Origin: Chiloscyllium plagiosum
Lineage: Eukaryota
Direction of reading: 5' to 3'
Assembly (NCBI RefSeq): GCF_004010195.1
Contig: NC_057728.1
Location: forward strand, 49,468,561 to 49,532,560
DNA: 64,000 bases
Under the pieces are notes generated by a model. The model had not been told where the DNA came from, did no database searches, and saw only the letters and a program-made list of their open reading frames with translations. Positions 52,622-64,000 of this stretch are shown one piece after another. The position numbers and the translations under genes are program-made. The stretch's first letter is position 1. Every line of letters begins with the position of its first letter.

Positions 52622-54863
52622 GTGAGTCTTGTGGCTTTATTCTGAGGAAATGTGAGTGAATCTTGGTTACACATTGCCAATAGTAAAGCAGTTAAATCTG
52701 TGTGGATGGTGCAAATGCAGCAGAATACTTCAATATGAATTGTATTTTAAATATTTGCCTTTGGCAATTCCTCCCTGTCAAATTGTTAATTTTTATAATG
52801 GGATGTTTGAGTAAGGTCTAGTGTCCCCACTGATGAAAGTGTAATTACAATGTGACCTATTGGTATAGGAGAGCTTCCATTTATAAATGGGAATGTAAGG
52901 CATTTGTGTAATCAAAGTACAGTATAAACATCTTTTGACTTTAAAGAACTGAGTGCAGTCTGTTACCCCAATCTAACTAACATCACCACCAAGCCTATCA
53001 TAATCCACAAATTAAGTTTCCCCTTTGATTTTGAAAGTGTAGAACCACGTGATAAACTGGTAATTATTTTATTGATCATCAGTAGATGCATGTTAACACA
53101 CACCAAAAACATGCTTTGGGGTAGTTTAATTGTGGATTTTAGTCATTAAAAGGGATTTTCTATCCAATGCCAGCTGGGCTTCTTTGCTCATCAGATATGT
53201 TGTTGGTGCTTTAACCCATCTGTTCCCAATAATATTGGCCCAGATTACTTGATCTACAAATAATCAAGATTTCTTGATAATTCATCAATACTTTGTTTCA
53301 ACTGAGCATTTTTTTAGTTGAATAAAGATGAGTTTATGTCCAATGCTATCTCAGTTTGTCAAAAAGCTCTCAATTGTTCTTTACTCTTGAGTGCAAGAAT
53401 GCTGTCACCATGACAATCTCTAAATCTTGACAACACCATTAAATTATTTCATGGAGTGAATATAAGAGGGAAGACCGGGTCTCATGGTTTTCAATTGCAG
53501 CTTTTAGTATTCAGCACTGCTTCAATCTCTGATTTTCTGATTATCCAGTGAACTGAAATGGATGGTCGTTGGTATCCTCCCAATGTATTGCGTAGGAGAA
53601 TAATCACTCGCAGCAGCGAAACAACATTCAAGGAGCTGGTGTATCTGCATTTCAGTCTACTACAATTTCAGGGAAACGGCACAGATTTGATAACAAACAT
53701 TAGTGAATCAGTGATTGCTAGGGTTTTATACAGTTAATTAAAAGTTTCAATTTTCTTCAGTTCATCCATTGTTTTCAGCTAATTACACAAATTATTGTAC
53801 AACATCCACATTGAGCCAAAGAAGATTGTTGTGAAATAAGAAACATTTTATGTTTTAGAAAGTAGTGTGGGAGTATCATGAGCTGAAACAATGAATGAAG
53901 TGATTTTAAAATTTTTCAGTTAACTGGACAGCAGATTGCCAATAACTGAATTGCTCGTGTTTCATGAGGTTTATCTGTAACACGTTCGCTGTGGCATCTT
54001 CAACTGATGGTGTTTTTTAAAAGAAAAAAAAACCCATAAATACAGTTTGGAGAAATTCATTGGCCCAATGATCTTGCTGATGTAATGAGTGCTGTTAACA
54101 ATTGGCACTCTTGTGTCTTGGAATATTAAAGATGTCCAGCAACATGCATCCCAGCATTATTTATGAAGCAGTCACTCATAATTTTAAGTAATGTTGAATC
54201 TTCAAGACTTTGAAGCCTACTTTCTGTCCATTTACAGCCCTGGCATTTTTTTTAATGTTTACTTCTATGTGTACAATAAGCTTGAACGCCAAGAAAATCC
54301 ACTGACTGTTCTAAGCTAAGTGGAAAAAATCACATGTTTGAGTCTCCTGCAGTCCTACATGTTTTTTCCTTTCTACAAGTGGAATATGAAATCCTTCTGA
54401 CACAGTGAAGTCCTTCTATTGGTTAATGAATCTTTTAATTCATTTCAAAATCTGCTTCATCCACATCACATGTATCACTGGCTCAAGCATATGTCACTTT
54501 TTAAAATTACAAATCTCCTTTAGTGATCAGTGAAAGGTGGTTGATTCTTAACTCCAATAGTCAAACACTCCTGATGTTTGAATCCTACTCATTTCACTTT
54601 ATGGTTTTAGTGAGCCTCATCGGGTTGTAACCAAATCAAAACACACAGTACCCATATGACTGATCTTAAGCACCCCATTTAATCTAGGACTTGGCTGACT
54701 TGTAGAAGGTTCATTGAAATGGGAAATCAACAAGCAGGAGGTGAGAGATGGTGATTTTTTTTAATATATTAAACAGAGATGTAAGTAATTTTGACGAGTG
54801 GTAAGTAGATTATTTTAATTTATTTCATTTTAGCAGTTTTAATATTCTTTTTTTTTTAAACAG

Positions 54864-54919
54864 GACTTAATCGTTTACTTGGAAATAGCACCTATGAGGC
54901 AGCATTCCCACTTCATGAG
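54864..54919 (+). CDS. ANO4: Anoctamin-4 coding exon (56 nt)
   Basis: aaacag|GA...GAG|gtaaat; LNRLLGNSTYEAAFPLHE. Confidence 0.97.
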
Positions 54920-55661
54920 GTAAATAAGGTATCTTGCATTGTAAAGTTAAAATAGCTTGTAGGTACATGCTCTTGAGTCCAGAACCCTCGAGAGTTAGGC
55001 TAGGCTTGTTTTAAAAAAAAAAAATCAATGTTCATTCAGTCGGAATGGCTTAATCCAGTGAATAGGGAACATCAGAAAATCACGGCATATCATTGCCAAG
55101 TGCTTTCAGCTAATAGCAGTGTTGCTGCTGAAATTGATTCACTTCTTATACGTTGGTGTTTATGGTTGTTTCTTGCATCTTCCACCTCTACCTCCCTACA
55201 TCAGGGTTGTTGTAATGAGATTTACATATTCAGTGAATAGCAATGAGCTTATTGAACACTTAAGGACCGTAGAAGAGGACATCTTACCCAAAACCTTACA
55301 GACTCACCTTCCATTCAATGTGATTTGATAGCACTAGCTGGTTTTGCACATATTTCATAGTCATTCCCAGAATAAAGACACAATTCCCTTTACAAGTGGA
55401 ACCTGCTTAAACTCAATTTTTTAAAATAATTTTTTTATGATGCCAGTTTACGGGTAGCTGGGTGAGAGGGAGTGTACTTAATTGCACTAATCCTACACTT
55501 TTGAGGTGCCAAATTAAATGAAAAATTTGTTTTAATCATTTTATTCGTCAGCCATATTGTCTAAAGAAAAATGCTGCATTTATGATCTGGAATAGCCAAT
55601 TAATTGCTCAACCCAGTTTAGACAAAAGGTTTGAAGGATTTTCTCTTTGTGCATTCTGCAG

Positions 55662-55783
55662 GGAAGCCACAGAAGCAAAAATTCCATTAAGACTCATGGA
55701 GCCGTGAACCACCGTCACCTGCTGTTTGAATGCTGGGCCTGGTGGGGTGTGTGGTATAAGTATCAGCCACTTGACCTAGTCAG
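55662..55783 (+). CDS. ANO4: Anoctamin-4 coding exon (122 nt)
   Basis: ctgcag|GGA...AG|gtaacc; [41 protein letters not shown]. Confidence 0.97.
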
Positions 55784-56215
55784 GTAACCTCTTAAGGTCC
55801 TTCTGCAACATTTGGTCAAGCAGTCATTGTTATTGAGCCATCTAATTTGGCTCCCTCTCTGTATATCTTGGCACAAAAGATGGCCACTTTGGCCATTGTA
55901 CTTGTTTCAACTCCTTTGGGGGAAAATGCACTGACATTTGAGCCCACTAAAGCTGGGGTCATTATCAAAAGTTAAAGTTTTAATCCAAGTCCCCAAATGA
56001 CCTGTCTGACAGATTCTCATTAGCAGAAAACACCGACCAGGTTTCTGTACTTGATGTGAACTACCATTTATTACAAATAAAATCATTCTAAACACCTTTT
56101 TTAAAAATATCAACATAACTTGCTGACAGATGCATCCAGACCCAGACACAGCTGTAATGAGTGGAGGAGAACATATTGGGGGGGCACTATTCAATACAAG
56201 GCTCAATGAAAGGTC

Positions 56216-56347
56216 ATTCCTGAAGAATGGCTTATGCCTGAAACGTCGATTCTCCTGCTCCTTGGATGCTGCCTGACCTACTGCGCTTTTTCAACAACAC
56301 ATTTTTCAGTTCTGATCTCCAGCATCTGCAGTCCTCACTTTCTCCTC
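56216..56347 (+). mobile_element. 132-bp single-arm PLE derivative starting at the hammerhead, perfect 14-bp TSD
   Basis: TSD ctcaatgaaaggtc at 56202-56215 and 56348-56361; begins attc-CTGAAGA-atggcttatgcct-GAAACGTC. Confidence 0.88.
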
Positions 56348-57198
56348 CTCAATGAAAGGTCTGTTTTGGCTTCTTTGAAGCCAAGTCCTTTTGAGTTTTT
56401 TTTTGCTGAAGATATAGGAGGGGGTGAGTTAATGCATTAATTTTTCAATTTCTCAGTCAATTTGAGGCAACAATTAATACAAATGGTGGGAGAGAATAGC
56501 TAGCTATCTTTCAGGATTTGGTTACTTCACTGCAGACAGAGAAAGAAATGTCTCTTGTAGTGTGGAGAACACCCATGTGTATTGTTCATGTGTCCAGGAA
56601 CCAGTTGGGGAGTTTAGTTATACAGATGATCCTGGGTTCCATGACTCTTCCTAATTGGTTTTTCAATCAGCAGTCTGTCTCTGGGTGAAGCATGCTCTGT
56701 GTCCACATTCCATAAGACCATAAGACATAGGAGTGGAAGTAAGGCCATTCGGCCCATCGAGTCCACTCTACCATTCAATCATGGCTGATGGGCATTTCAA
56801 CTCCACTTACCTGCATTCTCCCCGTAGCCCTTAATTCCTTGTGACATCAAGAATTTATCAATTTCTGCCTTGAAGACATTTAGCGTCCCAGCCTCCACTG
56901 CACTCTGTGGCAATGAATTCCACAGGCCCACCACTCTCCGGCTGAAGAAATGTCTCCGCATTTCTGTCCTGAATTTACCCCCTCTAATTCTAAGGCTATG
57001 TCCACTGGTCCTAGTCTCCTCGCCTAACGGAAACAATTTCCTAGCGTCCACCCTCTCCAAGCCATGTATTATCTTGTAAGTTTCTATTAGATCTCCCCTT
57101 AATCGTCTAAACTCCAATGAATACAATCCCAGGATCCTCAGCCAGTGGGGACCAAAACTGGACACAGTACTCCAAATGGAGCCTAACCAGAGCTTTAT

Positions 57199-57360
57199 NN
57201 NNNNNNNNNNNNNNNNNNNNNNNNNNNNNNNNNNNNNNNNNNNNNNNNNNNNNNNNNNNNNNNNNNNNNNNNNNNNNNNNNNNNNNNNNNNNNNNNNNNN
57301 NNNNNNNNNNNNNNNNNNNNNNNNNNNNNNNNNNNNNNNNNNNNNNNNNNNNNNNNNNNN
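57199..57360. other. Assembly gap (162 N)
   Basis: Run of N. Confidence 1.
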
Positions 57361-58694
57361 TCCTTCTGCAGCCTCCCCACTTCCTCGGTACTACCTGCCT
57401 GTCCACCTAACTTTGTATCATCAGCAAACTTCGCTAGAATGCCCCCAGTCCCTTCATCCAGTTCATTAATATATAATGTGAACAGCTGTGGCCCCAACAC
57501 TGAACCCTGCGGGACACCGCTTGTCACCGGCTGCCATTCTGAAAAAGAACCTTTTATCCCAACTCTCTGCCTTCTGTCAGACAGCCAATCCTCAATCCAT
57601 ATTAGTAGCTCACCTCTAACACCATGGGCCCTCACCTTGCTCAGCAGCCTCCTGTGTGGCACCATATCAAAGGCCTTTTGGAAGTCTAGGTAGACCACAT
57701 CCAACAGGTTTGTCAGGCACGACCTCCCCTTACTAAATCCATGTTAACTTGTTCTAATCCGACCCTGCTCTTCCAAGAATTTAGAAACCTCATCCTTAAT
57801 GATGGATTCTAGAATTTTACCAACAACCGAGGTTAGGCTAATTGGCCTATAATTTTCCATCTTTTGTCTTGATCCTTTCTTGAACAAGGGGGTTACAACA
57901 GTGATCTTCCAATCATCTGAGACTGTTGAAAGATCTCAATCAACGCCTCCACTATTTCCTGAGCCACCTCCCTCAGAACTCTAGGATGTAACCCATCAGG
58001 GCCAGGAGATTTATCGATTTTAAGACCTTTTAGCTTTTCTAGCACTTTCTCTTTTGTAATGGCAACCATACTCAACTCAGCCCCCTAACTCCCTTTAATT
58101 GTTGGGATATTACTCATGTCTTCCACTGTGAAGACTGACGCAAAGTACTTATTAAGTTCTCCTGCTATTTCCTTATCTCCCATCACTAGGCTTCCAGCAT
58201 CAGTTTGAAGTGGCCCAATGTCTACTCTTGCCTGTCGTCTGTTTCTTATGTATTGAAAGAAACTTTTACTATCACTTCTAATATTACTGGCTAGCCTACC
58301 TTCATATTTGATCCTCTCCTTCCGTATTTCTCTTTGTTATCCTCTTTGTTTTTGGAGTCTTCCAAATCTTCTGATTTCCCAGTGCTCTTGGCCACTTTAT
58401 AGGCTCTCTTTTTCTTTCATAGATTTCCTGACTTCCTTTGTCAGCCATGGCTGTCTAATCCCTCCCCGGATAATCTTTCTCTTCTTGGGGATGAACCTCT
58501 GTACAGTGTCCTCAATTTTACCCACAAACTCCTGCCATTTTTGCTCTGTCTTCCCTGGTAGGCTCTGCTTCCAGTCTATTTTCGTCAGTTCCTCTCTCAT
58601 GCCCTCATAATTACCTTTTTATTTAACCGTAACACCATTACATCCGATTTTGCCTTCTCTCTTTCAAACTGCATACTGAACTCTTCCATATTAT

Positions 58695-59294
58695 TCAAAG
58701 TTTGAGTGAAGATTTGTAACTCGGGTGCTCGTTGTTGTGGTTCTGTTCGCCGAGCTGAGAATTTTTGTTGCAAACGTTTCTTCCCCTGTCTAGTGACATC
58801 CTCAGTGCTTGGGAGCCTCCTGTGAAGCGCTTCTGTGGTGTTTCCTCCGGCATTTATAGTGGCCTGTCCCTGCCGCTTTCAGTTGTCAGTTTCAGCTGTC
58901 CGCTGTAGTGGCCGGTATATTGGGTCCGGGTCGATGTGTAGTGTACAAAATCCCATGCAAGGACTGCACAAAACACTATATAGGACAAACAGGAAGACAG
59001 CTAACGATCCGCATCCACGAACATCAACTAGCCACGAAACGCCACGACCAGCTATCCTTAGTAGCCACACACGCAAACGACAAGCAACATGAATTCGACT
59101 GGGACAACACTACCATTATAGGGTAAGCCAAACAAAGAACAGCCAGGGAATTCCTAGAAGCATGACACTCATCCACAAACTCCAGAAACACCACAGAAGC
59201 GCTTCACAGGAGGCTCCCAAGCACTGATGATGTCACCTAGACAGGGGACGAAACGTTTGCAACAAAAATTTCCAGCTCGGCGAACAGAACCACA
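58695..59294. mobile_element. Penelope-like element (second endonuclease type) nested in CR1, with inverted repeats of about 110 bp
   Basis: TSD tct(t/a)ccatattat at 58682-58694 and 59295-59307; IR at 58736-58844 and 59185-59294; GIY-YIG VVYKIPCKDCTKHYIGQTGRQLTIRIHEH. Confidence 0.92.
59221..59260 (+). ncRNA. Minimal type I hammerhead ribozyme (predicted)
   Basis: GCA-CTGATGA-T-GTCACCT-AGAC-AGGGGAC-GAAA-CG-TT-TGC: helix I GCA/TGC, helix II with one mismatch, palindromic ACGU; mutated inverted copy at 58770-58808. Confidence 0.75.
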
Positions 59295-59984
59295 TCTACC
59301 ATATTATGGTCGCTGCTTCCTAAGTGTTCCCTTACTTTAAGATTTTTTATAAAGTCTGGTTCATTACATAGAACTAGGTCCAGAATAGCCTGCTCCCTTG
59401 TGGGCTCCATGACAAGCTGTTCCAAAATCCTGTAAGCATTCCATGAATTCCCTTTCTTTGGATCCACTGGCAACATTATTTACCCAGTCCATCTGCATAT
59501 TGAAGTCTCCCATGATCACTGTGACCTTGCCGTTCTGACATGCCTTCTCTATTTCCCGGTAGATGTTGCGCCCCTGGTCTTGACCACTGTTAGGAGGTCT
59601 GTACATAACTCCCACTATAGTTATTTTGCCTTTGTGGTTCCTCAATTCCACCCACACAGACTCCACATCATCCGACGCTATGTCATTCAGCACCATAGAT
59701 TTAATTTTCTTAACGAACAAGGCAACCCTGCCCCCTCTGCCCCCCCCCCCTCTATCTTTTCGATAAGTTGAAAACCCTTGGATGTTTAACTGCCAGTCCT
59801 GACCCCCCTGTAACCACGTCTCTGTGATGCCTACCACATCATAATCATTCACGATGATCTGTGCCATTAGTTCGTCTGCTTTAAGAATGCTACAAGCATT
59901 CAGGTAAAGTGCCTTAATGCTAACTTTCTTATCATTAGAGATATTCTCATTGCAGTTACATTGCAAACAGCACCTGTTGGATTG

Positions 59985-60320
59985 GAATAGACTGGGGCTG
60001 TTTTCCCTGGAGCATCAGAGGCTGGGGGGTGACCTTGGAGAGGTTTATAATATCATGAGGGATATAGATCGAATAAATAGACAAGGTCCAAAACTAGAGG
60101 GCATAGGGTGGTGGGGAGATTTAAAAAGGATCTAAGGGGCAACATTTTCTCGCCGGCTGGTGCGTGTATGGAATTTGGAAGGGTATATGAATAGGAAGGG
60201 TTTAGAAGGATATGGGCTAAATGCTGGCAAATGGGATTTAATTAATTTAGGATATCTGGTAGGCATGGGCAAGTTGGACCGTAGGGTCTGTTTCTGTGCT
60301 GTGTCTCTGACTCTGACTCA
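59985..60320 (+). mobile_element. CR1 LINE 3' end
   Basis: NRLGLFSLEHQRLGGDL; ctgactctgactc tail. Confidence 0.85.
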
Positions 60321-63300
60321 TTTGTGAGTTATAGTAACTTTAAAAAATGCAGCAACTCCCTTAATCATCCTTTCCCATTTTGCTCCAAGTTCAAAATAAA
60401 GGCACACCCTTTGGGAAGAGTTACCTAATTAATCCTGCACCCCAGGTTTTTCCTCCGACCTTGTATACATTCCCTTTTTGATGGTTATGTTGAATTGTTT
60501 TAATAATCCTTCTCTGGTGTTGTATTCCAGATCATTACTTACTCCATTGCCTACTTGTGCTCTCTCTCCCAAACAACTCTTTCTGCCCGTCATCTTAAAT
60601 TTGTGTTCTATTTATTGGCTCCACAGTAACTTCTCCTGGTCTAGAATATCATATGATTTCAAACGTTTCTCTTGCATCCTTAACCTGTTCTGCTCCATTT
60701 GTAAATACCCCATTTACTGCAGTCTCTCCATATCACCAAATCTCCCCTTCTTGGTACTGTTTTCATGAAGCTTGTCACCCGTTCCTTTTATCCAGGACAC
60801 ATCTTGGCCAATCACAGTTGGCTGGCCAAACTATCAGCATAGTTTTCTCCTATGGTATAATTTGTTGCGATGGCTTGAAATTTAACACTTTTTATGCCTA
60901 TGTTCTGATGAGCACAAGATGAGAAACTTAAATATGTGGCTCTTTTTGACAGCTTTCTGAAAAGTCTTTGGTAGATTGTAAAAAGCTATTCCAATTCAAT
61001 GACACAGATTAATGTTTGGCAAATTCTCATGGAGTTCAAGATTGGACTGAAATTGTGTTGCAGTGAGAGACTCAAAAATCTATTGCTTTTAACAGGCCAC
61101 TGAAGTTTCACGTATGTGAAACGTGTGGTCGCTGAGCAGAGACGAGTCTGAATTTTGTGACGGTACAACTTTAATATTCTACAGCTCCTAATCGCACATT
61201 TATAATACCAACAATCCAACCAATTCATTGCATTGTTTTAGAACCATTAGTGTTATGATTTGGGGTGGGAAGTGTGCTCTGTCCCACTACCATATCAATC
61301 ACAATCCAATTGGTTCTGCTTTAACACGTTACTTCATCACAAATTGGCTTTAATGCAATTTAAGATTTTAGGCTGTTATTTGCAGAACATGAACTTAGCT
61401 GAATTAGCTATAATGCGATTCTGGTTGCATTAGTTTACGTGGTGCGGTTATTGCATGATTTTCTCAGAACGTGAGATCGCACGAGAATGGGACTATCACA
61501 TTTTACCAGAACTGACTGGATAACTTAGAATGGCTGAACTAGGTAAAACACTATGATTTGTATGTTAGACTTTGAATATAAAGATCCATCAACCAGATTT
61601 TAAAATATAAATCCATACACTTACTAATACTGCATAAATTCAATGTTTACTAATACTGAATGTAACTGAGTATGTACAATTCTGGTTGAGAATCTTTAGC
61701 AGATAGTGATTTGGAATTATGATCAAACTGTTCATCTTATGAGAGAAGCTGGACCAGGGCTCCAGGTACCACAATGAGCCCACAAAGGTTCCTACCCTGA
61801 AATGAGAGAGCTGAGCCAGAAGTTCAATTCCTACAAGCTTTGTCCCAACTGATGTAAACAATATTCAAAGTGGAAATGCGACCATCAGAAACCAAGACAG
61901 ATGGGTAAATCAGTATTTATCACAAGCCGTGATTTCTAAGAAATGGTGCTCATAAACAAATTTTTATTTACATAGAGGTCAGTGACTGATAGCCTCTTCT
62001 GAATATATTCAATATACCTTTCATGAAAGAATAGAAGTTCTTATTACAAGAAATAAAAACACAAACTATGTCATACAGTATGAGGACTTTTGAAATGATC
62101 TCATTATAAACATCAAAAAGAGAGATTCATACCTTTTTTATCCCAACAGTAGCCCTACAGACACTCAAACCTCTGTTAGGCATTACCAGCTGTCTCCATA
62201 CTCAACTGGAGCAGTTGTAGTTTATACAACAAATTGCCAAGTGGAAACATTCACTACATACAATTTTCTTCAGTTAATATCTGTCCCGAGACCCTTGAAA
62301 TGAGCAATAACGCAGCCGAATATTACTTAGCATGATCCTTGTTTTCTACAGCATTCCAGGACCTCTTCTCCATCCCATCAGAGCCATCTATTTCTGAAGC
62401 TTTCTTCCCACTGACTTTTGAGCTTTTCAGGACTTCGCATCTGCCCTAACTGTCAGAGACCGCTAATAGCGCCTGTATGTCTTGCCATGATCCTTCTTCC
62501 CTCTGAATTAAGTTTGGATATATCAACATTAGATTTGTATGAATACTTTTCACCTCCAGTTTCTTGGATTTCAGATTCTTCGATCCTTGTGCCAAGGAGT
62601 GGGAAATTGAAATTAAGATGACGTTCACACTATAAATATATTTTGGTGTGAGGCTATTTGTTTTGCTGTGGTCACATTCCAGAAATGTCAGGATGGAGAT
62701 CTCTGGATGTGATACTCTCTCTCAGCTTCACTTTGGAACTAGTTGGTGTTTGGTTACCTTCAAGTTGGTACAAGACTAGTTTTGGATTTACATTCTTAAT
62801 CAATTTGGGGCATACAAAGTTAAACTTGACTCTTTACATGAGAACAGGTCCACTGGTCTAGACTGTAGGACAGTGTCAGCTGATCTGGTCCCATGAACTT
62901 GGCCTTATGGAAGACTTGTACCAACTTCTGATCCATCTTGTACCAATGTGACCAGAATCTGTATAATTGGTGTTTGTTCATGCAATTGCACTTGTGTATT
63001 GTGTTAAAAACTGGACTGACCTGTCATTGTTTTCTTCAACTATCTAAAAATATGCTTGGTAATCCATTGGCCTAGAACTTTAAGGAATCTTCAAGATTTT
63101 CCTCCTCTGATATTTTGTAAGCAGCATTAGCATTGTCTTCAACAGCAGCCTGGAGACCCAGGCAGCCTCTGATCAGTTTAATTCTTGGCGTATTAAAGGA
63201 GTTATCAACTAAACCTAAATGATCCATGTTTCTCTCACTGCCTGCTGCAGCGAATTTGCCAATGCCTTCCTGAATTCAGAAATCACTTTTAAGGATTAGT

Positions 63301-63372
63301 CTAGCATTGAAATTTCCATGGAGAGGTAGCATCACTTCGTGTTTAACAACAACTTGTTTCCTTTCTTTGCAG

Positions 63373-63507
63373 GCGTTACTTTGGTGAGAAGATTGGCCTG
63401 TACTTTGCCTGGCTCGGTTGGTACACTGGAATGCTGTTCCCAGCTGCTATTGTTGGCTTGCTAGTGTTTTTGTATGGAGTTTTCACACTGGATTACTGCC
63501 AAGTAAG
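63373..63507 (+). CDS. ANO4: Anoctamin-4 coding exon (135 nt, TM1)
   Basis: ttgcag|G...AG|gtatgg; [44 protein letters not shown], with the anoctamin signature YFGEKI..YFAWLG. Confidence 0.97.
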
Positions 63508-64000
63508 GTATGGGTTGGTATCATGTTTGGGGATGTCTGATTTGGTCTTCAGTGGAAATAAATTGTTTTTAAAGTGTTACTTTACTTTAAAACAAGGTGT
63601 GAACTTGGACACTTGTTTTTTTCTTTGTGTAATTGAGCATGTTAGTAGACTAGAGGCATTGACTATTCAAACCACAGATTCTTCTGTCGTTATTACACCC
63701 AGAGTCTGGGCAAGGTTCCCCAATTTATGCTTACAGGTGGGATACCCCAAATATTTGAGCTTCCAAGTGAGGAATGGATTGGCTGGCTGTCTGTATTCAC
63801 TGACCCCACTCCCCCACCTCCCTCAACTGGTAGAGACGAGGTTAATTTAAAAACTCATTAATTTTCTTGTGAATATAGTACTCCCCAGACCCAGATGAAC
63901 TTTCCTTTTAAAAAAGAAATCTATTTGCGCCAGGCTGGAGTTAACAACAAATGACACACTCGTCCCTACACCCCAATTCTTTCCACCCAAGTGTAAAAGG

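Larger units (their letters stand above)
56711..59945 (-). mobile_element. Relatively young CR1 LINE ORF2 (APE endonuclease + RT) with internal deletions
   Basis: APE: LYLNACSI..DVVGITETWL..VMYRPP..IMGDFN (59364-59966); RT: DVVYLDFQKAFD..SGVPQGSVLGP..KFADDTK (57195-57704); repeated tcttatg tail at 56711. Confidence 0.95.

Noticed and set aside
4200..56440. Recurrent peptide LLLGCCLTCCAFPA as a repeated small Cys-rich gene, or a CRISPR-like repeat
   Set aside because: It is the translation of the non-coding PLE terminal repeat. Copies are dispersed with TSDs and have no regular spacer structure.
61720..62820. Further LTR-like relics (also about 18190-18930 and 32320-32950)
   Set aside because: Composition is suggestive, but termini, TSD and a second copy could not be established.
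63431..63850. 139-aa membrane protein ORF
   Set aside because: Only the first about 25 codons are ANO4 exon; the rest is intron read-through. The same applies to ORF 52393-52659.

Overview
Eukaryotic, repeat-rich vertebrate DNA. The repeat families (CR1/HER1-like LINEs, HE1-like tRNA SINEs, Deu-domain SINEs, abundant Penelope-like elements) point to a cartilaginous fish (shark); this is inference. The window lies inside one + strand gene, anoctamin-4 (ANO4/TMEM16D). Nine consecutive GT-AG coding exons from 13698 to 63507 join in frame and encode the N-terminal cytoplasmic region through the first TM helix. The gene continues past the window. Two candidate alternative first exons (2889-3033 and 12702-12741) are in the right phase to splice onto the first recognised exon. 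The introns are a mosaic of nested retroelements. The most striking non-genic signal is a set of Penelope-like elements (PLEs) and short fold-back derivatives carrying minimal type I hammerhead ribozyme motifs (CUGANGA...GAAACGUH), several with clear target-site duplications (TSDs). In one young 187-bp element (13440-13626), a perfect 59-bp inverted repeat closes exactly on the 28-nt hammerhead core. Two assembly gaps are present. All family assignments come from recognising sequence by eye; no database search was run.
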